Assembly (NCBI GenBank): GCA_023515725.1
Contig: JALDTO010000235.1
Span: 232,371-296,370 of the forward strand
DNA length: 64,000 nt
Direction: 5' to 3'
From: Amoeboaphelidium protococcarum X5
Lineage: Eukaryota > Fungi > Aphelidiomycota
Shown: positions 54,163-64,000 of the stretch, piece by piece
Numbering within the stretch: position 1 is the first letter of the stretch
Layout: the number at the start of each line of letters is the position of its first letter
Translations under genes and position numbers: made by a program
The notes under the pieces: generated by a model
What the model saw: the letters and a program-made list of their open reading frames with translations, nothing else
Told to the model about the DNA's origin: nothing
Database searches by the model: none

Positions 54163-56845
54163 GTGCAAAGTGCAAAAACGGAAACCGTTAAGGTTGACGT
54201 TGGAAGAATGCGCGAGCGATCGAGCGCGCGACGGTGATCTCGCAGAAAACAGACAAGTCAGTTGTTTCAAACAAATCCTCAATGATTTTGCATTAAACTT
54301 TTTGTATTAAATCCACTTTCAATCTCAGTCTCCATATTATCTGTCTTGTTCAAATACTACACTCATCCATGGTACCAGAGCAATTGTTTGTCTTGAAGCT
54401 AGTTGGTTTGAAGTTCCCCCAATGTGCGATGAACTTATCCAAATCACCGCCAAAGTGCTTTCTCAGACATTTCATGATCGGGCAGTATTGCTTCACGTAG
54501 AATGATTTGGCGCCAGCTGATAACCCGACGGTTGAGCCAGGATCATCCACTGCAAGAATGGCCTCCAACTTCGCCATGGCAGTCTTCGCTTTTCTCACTT
54601 TCTCTCTCCCAGGCATATCATTCACAACTTCATCCTACTGAACAGCTGTGATGGCAGGTACAACATCAGCTACGTCAGTGTCTTCTTCATCGGATTCATA
54701 GAGTTCATCATCAGAGTGAACCGCAGCTTGTTCACGTAACTATCTGGAAGAAGATTATTGAGAAGTCAGAGTAGATTTTGGCTACTTCAACTTAGCTGAT
54801 TGAGTGGCAGCAATCAATCCATTCGCATAAAGCTCAAGCATCCTACGCAGCTCATTAATCTCCTCCGGAGTGGCATTAGGTGCAATTTCTTTCAACTTTG
54901 CCTCAATAAGCTGCAGCACAGTCTCTTTCTTCTGCAACTGGAGAAGTGCATCGTAAATCACTCTAGGTCCACCAACTGCATCAACATCAGATAATCCACA
55001 TAAGCTACGAACAATCTCTTGACTCACCTGCTGCAGACAAAAATTGCCTCTAGAATGGGCAGCATTCAGACTGCGAGCCATCTATAGCTACTCACAGTAG
55101 GCTGATCTGAATTTGCTTACCACGGAAGACACGTCCAAACGTCTAGTCTTCGCTAATTCTAGCAAATAGCTAGCATCCTTCTTATACAATGCGGCATTAG
55201 CGGACGAAGCGTGTCGCGCACTCTTAGTGATGTCAATCTCTGATCCCATTCCCCAAACAGCAAGCAAATAGCCAGTCTTCCTACTAGTGTGCGTACCAAA
55301 TTTACCATCGGGATTGCCGGTAGCAATCTTACAAGCTTTCTGATACTGCCTATGATAAGATACGTAAGAGATGTTGTACGCCGCATGCCCAACTTGCTTC
55401 ACAGCATCCAGTGTACTCTCTTGAGGGAACAAGAATCCAGTTCTAATCCCAGAAATAAAAATCCACGTCAAAAGCGCACGAACCGGGCACAATTCGGGCA
55501 CATCATAATCCGTCCAAAGAGTCAAGCACACTCTAACACGATCAGACTTGCCTTTAATGTAGAAAGCAAGGGAAGATATACTGCCATCACTTTGAAAGGT
55601 CGCAAGATCCTTGTTGAGACAATTTTCCAGCCTAGGATCATGAATTTTCAAATCGGTGACTTCATCATTGCGCAGAAATAGCTTGATACTAACGATAATC
55701 ATCGTCCACATCATGAATGACTTCGCATCATTTTTCGAGATGAAATACTCGCGGAGACGTAGTAATTCCCAAGGTGTGAGCGGCTAGCTGCCTTCGGACA
55801 CGTAGCTGCATCCATCGCGGGAGTTCAATCTCTACATGTTAGTCATGAGGGAAGAATTCTTTGGATCTCCACCCAGCCAAATACGAGGAGCCATCGGATG
55901 GAACCGACAGCCAGATCTATCACCACGCTCAGAACGTTGGATGCACTCTTCGCAGATATCTCTGTACTCCCCCCTCTAATTACGACTATCATGCAGCACA
56001 GAGACAGCCGATAACAACTGGTCAACATTCTGTGGCATATTCCAACCACCCTAGCACTTGATATCGTGCCCATAGACACATTTCACAGCGTTGCCATTCT
56101 CGTCTTTTAGCAAAGAACCCTTCTCATTACGCTTGAACTTGATAAACAAAATGATGCTCTTGGCGTTCATTGACGGTGTGTACTGCGGGGGGTTAGGAAG
56201 CAGCATTAAACTCGAGCTGTAGTCACCAATTAGCGCAAAAAAGTACCGCAATCCTCTGTAATGCTTCTAGTAGGCTTACATACTATTCACAGCCAAAGGC
56301 CTACCGCCAGTGAGTGGCACAGATACGTCGGATCGAGTCAACCTCAGCAGCTTCAACGTCTCTCCAATGCCTTCATCCAGCTTATACTTGTACGCCGCTT
56401 CAATGCGATACACATGGCTGTTCTCCGACTTCTTGCGTCTCTTCACCTTCTTCGCCAACTGCTCATCATCCAGACCATCATCAGAGTCGTAATCGTCGTC
56501 GTCATCTTCATCTTCATTCTCCAGCTACCTATTGAAAGCAGCACTGACTTGAGCAGAACTTTGTGAAGTGATATCAGCAGTTTGATTCATGCTAACAACA
56601 CTTGTTTCAGCCTCGCACCCAGCCAGACCAGAACTTGAGGAGGCGGATACGCCGACACTACTGCCAACACCAGCACACTCATCAACGGCTGGGATGCCAG
56701 TACTACTGTTGGAGGTGGTGATACCACCTCCAGATGGCTACGAGTCACTCTACACTGCTCTAGAACGCTTCCTGCCAGACATGCGAGACGGTCGAGATTG
56801 TAACAAAGCGAGTTCGGTGCGTTTCTCCGGGTGCAAGGTGCAAAA
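54163..56845 (-). mobile_element. Crypton-like tyrosine-recombinase DNA element flanked by 15-bp near-perfect direct repeats
   Basis: gtgcaaagtgcaaaa (54163-54177) and gtgcaaggtgcaaaa (56831-56845) bracket a single YR ORF; no RT present. Confidence 0.6.
54350..56782 (-). CDS. Tyrosine recombinase, 810 aa, apparently intact
   Basis: LFLRNDE (R), IKGKSD (K), CPVRAL, GTHTSRKTG (HxxR), SARH...ALYKKDA (H, Y); five track ORFs share one frame. Confidence 0.85.
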
Positions 56846-56896
56846 CACTACCGGTGCAAAAGAAAACAAGCGTTTTATTTGTTTTAAAAGAGTCAG

Positions 56897-56938
56897 ATAC
56901 AATATCTTACTGATACTAACATTTTATTAATTCTTACA
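56897..56938 (+). repeat. 5' LTR remnant (last 42 bp)
   Basis: atacaatatcttactgatactaacattttattaattcttaca is identical to the 3' LTR end. Confidence 0.9.
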
Positions 56939-56949
56939 TTTTATCCTCA
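56939..56949 (+). promoter_or_regulatory. PBS position, complementary to the element's own LTR (putative self-priming site)
   Basis: ttttatcctca is the reverse complement of tgaggataaaa at 61899-61909; no TGG tRNA-type PBS. Confidence 0.7.
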
Positions 56950-56959
56950 GTATTTCATC

Positions 56960-59900
56960 ATGGCTCAAGATTATGATGGTGTTAAATTTAATGGAAATAA
57001 CTTGCTATCGTGGGATAATTCTCTGAAGATCAATGCAAACGCTCGTAACCTTACAGCTATAATGACTGAAAAGGGATGTAAGCAGTTGAAATAGCTTATG
57101 ACTCCTCAGTAGATAATCGATGCCAAATTGAAGTGTTTCAACAAGTATGGAAAGAGAATTGATAAGAAAGGGAAGAAGAAGAAGGTGAAGCGTATGTTTA
57201 GCAAGGAATATGAACAGATGGTTGATAAACTGCATGAGCAGAATAGTGCTGCTTTGTCCCTGGTTCAGAAATCAGTAGAGTCACGCTTCGTATTTCACGT
57301 CCTAGATTGTGTATACGCGTTCGATGCGATCGAATAGATTAAAAAGTTCTGGAATCAGAACTCTACGGAGCATATTCTCGAACTTCGCGATGAGATCCGC
57401 ACTCTGCCATTTGCAGATGATTCGGTGACGTTCATGTAACGTCTCAAGCAACTTGTGGCTCAGCTAAATGATCTCGGAGATAAAACGTACACTTTGGAAA
57501 CGCTGCCCAGCCTGGTGATTGAGAGATTGCCAGATACTGCTGATTATAGTGATCTGAAATCATTGTTGAACATCAACTCTACTGTGAGTGGTAAATCATA
57601 CACTACTGAATAGTTTACGCGAGTTCTCACTCTGCATGAGTCTAAGCTGGTTCGTACAAAATCTTTAAAGGCTCAAAATCTTAAAGTGGTAGAGGCGCGT
57701 GAACCATCTGCTGTGAATTCTGAGTTGATGTAGCTGGCCACGGCTGCGGCGGCTGCAGCCATTGAAAAAGAGAAGAAGACCTCTCCGGTTGCAGGAGTCA
57801 AGAGAAGCTTTGATAAAGTTGCCTATGGAGATAAATGCTCTAACTGTGGTGCTAAAGGTCATGCTATTGAAAGCTGTTGGTATGATGGAGGCGGTGGCGT
57901 GAGTAAAAGACCACCCGGGTGGCAAAAGGAGAACCCCTATCGTTCCAAGCAAAGATCCAAGATCACGGCAGTAATGGCGAAGATTATTTCTTGTGCCACA
58001 GCGTTGGATATTCAAGCGGACTCAATGTCATGGGTATGTGACAGTGGCTCCACGGCGTTTGTCACGTGCAGAAAGGACTGGCTGATTGACTACGTCGAGG
58101 AGCCTGGTTTGTGTCGCACCGCCGATGCCGCAAATCGGGTGGCTATCGTCGGAAAGGGACGAATGTTCTTCGAGTACGACGTAGCCAATAATAAGAGTTA
58201 TGTCATGGCGTCCGAGGTTTGGTACAGCCCAATGTTTGGGTATAACCTCTTCCCCGTGAATAAGTTCAGTAAGTCTAAGGAAATGTCCGCCCTCTTTAAT
58301 AATGGCTAGGTGGTGGTGAAGAATTAGAATGAAATCATCGCTACAGGTGAATTGCAGGCTAATGGAGATATGGAGGACCTTTTTGTGATGGATATTAAGG
58401 TAGTACCGCCCGTTGAAGTGGCACGTTTGGGTCTTATGGATTAATTTACTTAAGAATCTGAGCCGAAAGTATTAGCCGCGGCGCCTATCTCTGTCCTTGA
58501 GCTGCATGAGTTACTTGGTCATTCTAATCCATGACTTTTGAAGGAGTTGATCAAGAATGGTGTCTTGGGAATTGATATTGAAGAGAATGAAAATGACTAT
58601 GAGAAAATAAAGTCATGTAATCCATGCATTTAAGCCAAATCCACTCGCGCATCCTTCTCTCGCAGTCAAGACTTCTATTAATCGGATGGGACATTGTTGC
58701 TTAGGTCAGGACGTGTTTTAGAATTAGTTCACATGGATCTCATCGGGCCCATCGGAGTGTAAACGCCATCCAAGTAAAACTATATACTCACAATTGTAGA
58801 TGACTACTCCGGTTACTGCTGGGCAGGTCTCCTACATTCCAAGGATGAAGCAATGAGTACTTTTGAGAATGTGTATAGTCGGATGAGGGTGGAAACTGAC
58901 TAACGCATTAATACGATTCGCTGCGACCAAGGTGGTGAATTTATTTCCAATGAGTTTCTCAGACGATGTCTTTAGAATGGTATTCTGCTCCATCTAGTGC
59001 CTCGATATACTCCTCAGCTCAATGGTGTCGTTGAGCGGTACAATCGGCGCATAGTCGAAGGTGTTACAGCTATGTTACTAAGCTGCTCACTTGCCAGAAC
59101 ATATTGGGGATATGCAGTTGAGACCTTTGTGCACGTGGCTAATCGTACCTACACTAAAGCCAGAAATAAAGCAGGAGTTGCTCATGTTAGCCCATATGAG
59201 GTATATCATGGTAAAGCACCATCGTATGATCATCTACGCAGGTGGGGAAGCAAAGTTGCATATTTCATTCCCAAACAGGCAAGAAAGGACTCATTCAAAT
59301 TCTCTTCCAAAGTAGGATTCGGGCATTTTCTTGGATATGCGACTGGTGGCTACTTTGTACTGACTGAGTCTAGAGCAATAATCGTTGTGCCTTGGGATGA
59401 GGTGAAGTTTCTTACAGATAATGAGACACTTGTGTCGCCTGAACGATAGGCTGAGATTGATGCGCTGTGGAATGACATTCGTGATTAGTCCCTTGGTGAG
59501 CCATAGACTGGTGGCTATGGATTAGGCGAAAGCACAGAGTCTACTACATTGGGCGAAAGATAAGGATTAGAGCAATGTAGTAATGAGCATGTTAATGAGA
59601 TAGATGGAGAGTTATCAACAAGTCTGGAGCATTTGTAATAGATTTAACCAGGACCGAACGGTAGAGAGAGTACTAAGCTGCTTACTACCAGGGAAGAATT
59701 AGAGCAGAGTTTAGAGAATGAGTTAAGCGCTTAAAGCGTTTAAGATGAGGGGAGTGAAAGTAATCAGAATGTAATGATTACGCATGAGGTGGATAATTTG
59801 CACGACGTTGATGAGAGAGTGTTATCGTCTGAGTCGAATTACGGAAGTCCGGTTGAAGAGGAGGAAATGTCGAAACTGTAGGAGAGCAGTAAGGACAGTT

Positions 59901-61780
59901 TAGAGTATGAGTTGAGAGACATTAAGGTGTCTAGGAGGTTGCGGCGTTTAGCTAAATAGCTCCATATTGATATGAATGGTAACACACCAATGATGAGCTT
60001 ACTTGCGCTAGTGCTGTAAAAGAATACAGTTTAGCAGTAAAAGCTTGATGACACTATTATTGAATACTTGATTGACGATGTATTGAAGGACCTCGCAAAC
60101 GTTGAAGCTGATGAGTGTAAGGTAACATCGTGTTTTAGTAGTTTAGTGGGAATGGTGCAGGACATGCCAAAAACACCGAAGAGTATTAAGGAGGCTATGG
60201 TGTTGCCAGAATGGCCGTTGTGGAAATAGGCTATTGCAGATGAGCTGGCAAGTCTCATTAAGAATTGCACTTGGAAAAGGATGCCTCTGCCGAAGGATAA
60301 GAAAGCGCTCCCTTGTAGGTGGATCTTCAAGATCAAACTGAAGTCCGATGGATCCATTGAACGATACAAGGCGAGGTTGGTGATTCAAGGATTTCGTCAA
60401 GTTAAAGGAGTTGACTACTCTGAAACGTTTGCGCCAGTGGCTAAGTTCAATACGATCAGACTGGTCATTGCTCTGGCAGCTTATCTAAATTTAGAGATTC
60501 ACCAGATGGATGTAAGCACTGCGTTCTTAAACGGACTATTGGAAGATGAGGTTTATATGAAGGGACCTGAAGGGACTGAATTTGAGGGATAAGTCTTGAG
60601 GCTGCTGAGAAGTCTTTATGGTTTAAAGCAAGCGCCTAAATGTTGGAACAGCACTTTGAATAAGTATTTGCGAAAGATTGGATTTCGACGCTGTCGGGCT
60701 GATAATTGTTTATATATCAGATCCAGTGGTGGGTTTCTCTCACTAATTGTAGTCTATGTGGATGATCTACTGATAATTGACCAGGACATTGAATAAATTA
60801 ACAGAATCAAAAAGGAGCTTTCTGATCAGTTTGACATGAAAGACCTGGGAGAGACTGAACATATCGTCGGGATCAAGGTGTCACGCAATCGTTCTAAGAA
60901 GCTTATTAGTCTTGACTAACAGTCTTACTTATAGAGAGTATTGGAAAAGTTTGGCATGGATGGTTGCAAAAGTGTCAGTACTCCATTTGTTGAATCCGCT
61001 GATAAGCAAACCCATTAAGCTCAAGCAGATGTAAATCAGTATCCTTATAGAGCGGTTGTTGGGAGCCTGATGTATTTGATGGTTGGGACGCGTCCTGATA
61101 TCGCGTTTGCCGTGAGTTAATTGAGTCGGGATTTGGAGAAGCCAACCGCGAAATCGGTTGTCGCAGCTAATCGTGTGTTGAGGTATTTGAGTGGTACTCG
61201 CAGTTACTCGTTGATTTATGATGGTCGTTCTGATCTCATGCCGGTAGCATATGCTGACGCTGATTATGCTAATGATAAATTGACCAGAAGATCAACTACC
61301 GGGTATGTTATTGTAATGTGCGGAGCTGCAATTATCTGGAAATCTAAAGGTTAAGCATAAGTGGCATTGAGCTCAACAGAGGCTGAATACTATGCAGCGG
61401 CTGCGGTGTGTTAAGAGATATGTTGGATGCAAGAGCTTATGTCTGAGATTTACATCAATGTTAAAAGTCGTGGCACTTTATTAAATGAGTTGTAAAAATC
61501 GCTGGAGGTAATTGCGACTCATCCAATGACTCTGATGGAGGATAACTAAAGTTGTATTAAAATTTGCAAGAATCCTGAACACTTTGGTAGGACTAAGCAT
61601 ATTGAAGTCAGGTATTTCTTTGTAAGAGAGTTAACTGAGAGTGGTAGGGTAATTCTTTAGTATGTATCGACTAACGATTAGCTAGCAGATTTACTCACGA
61701 AACCGTTACCAGTTGGAGTCACTGAGCGGCTGATTAGTGGGCTTGGATTGAGAGATTCGAAGTCTATAGAGAATGAGTGA
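56960..61780 (+). CDS. Copia Gag-Pol polyprotein, single frame with one internal TGA (58532-58534)
   Basis: CSNCGAKGHAIESC knuckle, WVCDSGST, VHMDLIGP/IRCDQGGEF/NGVVERYN, YKARLV, LYGLKQAP, YVDDLL, ADADYA, SSTEAEY, EDNQS, RTKHI. Confidence 0.93.
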
Positions 61781-61800
61781 GATCCGACAGTAGGCGAAAG

Positions 61801-61950
61801 TGTGAGAGTGTACTGAAACGGATCGTCTAAGGTTGAAAAATGATCAAAAATATCATGATTATGAGTGATAGATCTCAAAGGTGATATCTCTTCACCTTTG
61901 AGGATAAAATACAATATCTTACTGATACTAACATTTTATTAATTCTTACA
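61801..61950 (+). repeat. 3' LTR, 150 bp
   Basis: Starts TGT directly after the PPT agtaggcgaaag and ends ACA; contains an 11-bp hairpin at 61874-61902. Confidence 0.8.
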
Positions 61951-62450
61951 CAAACTGAGCAATACTTGGATTATTCAGACGATCCATCATAACGATAAAT
62001 TCTTCGTCATCAGCTAGTAGATATGTTTCAGCCATCTGTTTTAACTTTGACACTTGAACTATACTTGGATTATCATTCAAGACAGTTGCACTTTGTGTCA
62101 CATCACAAGCAACAGGCTTGGCATCTTCCGACTAAGGCACCTTTGGGGTATCATCATGAGCGACGCGAGACTTTGTAAAGGCTTTTGGCTTATAACGAGC
62201 CTTATCCTGAACCAATACATCCTTCAACAGCACCAGCAAATTTCCATGCAATAAAGAGATTTCATGCTTCGCTCCTCTAGTTTTAGTAAGCTTAACACGC
62301 TTTGCTTTAGTTAATGCTGCTAACTCACACAATATTTTAGGACCATCTTCCGCTGACATGCGACTTAGGCATTCCATTAAGACTTCAATCAGTTAGGTAG
62401 TGTTTTTGTCATCATGAATTTCAACAATGTAACTCCGGCTAATAAACTGT
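61951..62450 (-). pseudogene. Degenerate coding-like fragment abutting the copia 3' LTR
   Basis: About 120 open codons including track ORF 62132-62377, apparent frameshift near 62075, cut at the LTR; no family recognised. Confidence 0.3.
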
Positions 62451-62581
62451 TATCCATAATTATAAAAAATGTATTATTTTTGTAATGTAGTATATACTAA
62501 AACTTAGTAATGAAAAAGAGAGACGAGTAAATAGACTACCTAAAAGATGAAACCATTACAGTATTGTTGAAACAATGGAGA

Positions 62582-64000
62582 TCATTTTTTCTGTTTCGCT
62601 TTTGCTCTCACTTTCCTGACGCGAACTTATTTAGCAGTAGGTGCAGTTTCTGGCAGTGTTAGATCCTAGACAACGATGGGTGCAGACGCTCTAGCTCTAA
62701 ATTCAGTATATTCAATTGGTAACGTGATAGAGACTTTCTAAGGAGGCGCATGGAAAGGAGCTCTTGCATTACCATCAGCAATCGCTCTCAGTAGCCCTTC
62801 ATACTCGTGAACATGAGTCTTCAACAATGAAATCAGATCCACCATTCTAGGATGGCCTTTAAAACCTTTATTCAATTTTCTATTATAACTCTCAAGAGGA
62901 TTATTTGTACGATTGACCAAGACCTATCCTTCTAGTCTAGAAATGTTCCAAGTAGATATATCATATAGACCAAACCAAGTTTTCTCAAAGTACTTCCAGA
63001 AATCATTAATAATATTCATCGGTGTACTCAAATTACGGCACTGCAACTTTGCAAATTATAAAGCCACACCTCGTACTTCACTCTCTTTTACGATGCAAAG
63101 CAACTCGATTACCAACGGGCCAAGAATAAAAGTTATGTCAGGCTAATTGACTTTCAGATCAATCAGTTTTTTGCGTATGGCCTATTTAAAATGGAAGTAA
63201 CACCCAACAACATTTACCCCAGGAAACTCTTTAGAGACTGCATTTATAAGACCTTACTCAAAGTCGCAGGAAATTTTATCGGGATTCCATCTAAAGCGGG
63301 TCAAAGTTTTGATATTATACATTAGATTACGATATGTTATCTCGAATTTATTTTTTACCATCGCCCAAGCAACAGGATTATACAGATCGGTTTCAAAATC
63401 ATAAACCATAATTGTTAATAATTAATAGTAGCCACTGGGAACACAGTGAAAGGTGCCGTCTATAAACACGGTACTGCCTCTCTGAAGATGATCATAAGCG
63501 TACGTACTCCCCAGATTATATATCTGTCAACATTATCTGATCCAAGGCCATTATTTTTATACTACAGAAATTGCCTGCTGTCAATCATACTTAATGGAGG
63601 GATTTCTAATTTACTGAGTTCATCTTTAAACAATTTAGCGCGAACGTTCTCCACTTTATTGATAACTTGCTTTCTCTTCATCATCTGAATCACATGATCA
63701 GGATACTCTCTCAAATACTTATCATGTAAGGTGTTCCATATAGACACAGATGTCTTTTCTAACTTAGTAGCAGCAAACTCGATGGCCAACTCCTCCATCT
63801 CTTTTCGAACATCAACGACTCCGTCTTACAAAATCACACCTTTCAACTGACCGTCAGTCATGCTTAGTGTATAAGTTGAAGTCGGGGTAAAATTTGGAGG
63901 TGCAGCCATTATAGTATTAGCCACAGCGAAAACTTTTGGAGCCATTTTTGTAATAAGATATCCCATGTATAACGATAGTTTTAGCCCAACCAGTGGTATC
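62582..64000 (-). mobile_element. Mutator/MULE transposase, frameshifted, 5' end outside the window
   Basis: VFIDGTFHCVP..YYQL, SCDFEQGLINAV..FP...GCYFHFKQA, RTNNPLESYNRKLN; frame changes near 63500 and 63850. Confidence 0.9.

Larger units (their letters stand above)
56897..61950 (+). mobile_element. Ty1/copia LTR retrotransposon with a 5'-truncated LTR
   Basis: Domain order gag-PR-IN-RT-RH; 42 bp identical between 56897-56938 and 61909-61950; 3' LTR TG..CA at 61801-61950 after a purine tract. Confidence 0.95.

Noticed and set aside
54125-54165. Missing part of the copia 5' LTR displaced by insertion of the YR element
   Set aside because: Sequence left of the YR element does not match LTR 61801-61908
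63845-63856. TGA at an expected Cys in the MULE zinc finger as another recoding case
   Set aside because: The frame also shifts here; a 1-nt insertion in a decayed element explains it

Overview
Gene-dense eukaryotic nuclear DNA using a non-standard genetic code: TAA/TAG read as Gln and TGA is the only stop (translation-table-6 type). The supplied standard-code ORF track is therefore fragmented. Re-reading by hand gives about 27 mostly intron-poor genes with a fungal/opisthokont signature (MEMO1, Sec2, ATP20, ArfGAP, POLG, PP1, GATAD1-like, ABCB, MED31, ADH, LAS1, ECT1, SMP3, AFG1, VMA16, TAF13, CLASP and others). This combination fits the aphelid Amoeboaphelidium protococcarum (inference, not verified). 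There are four mobile elements, all written in the host code: a DDE transposase with an embedded DEDDy exonuclease (23-27 kb), and a TE island at 54-64 kb (Crypton-like tyrosine recombinase, Ty1/copia, decayed MULE). The strongest novelty candidate is the Ty1/copia element: its PBS is not tRNA-like but is complementary to 11-12 nt of its own LTR, as in Tf1-type self-priming, and its 5' LTR remnant begins at the predicted primer cleavage point. Other highlights are an in-frame TGA at the conserved Cys of MED31, a long hairpin in PP1 intron 1, a secreted calpain-like protease, a membrane-anchored GlgA/GT5-like enzyme, a vitellogenin/MTP-like lipid transfer protein and PEN-2. All coordinates and translations were derived by hand and start codons may be off.
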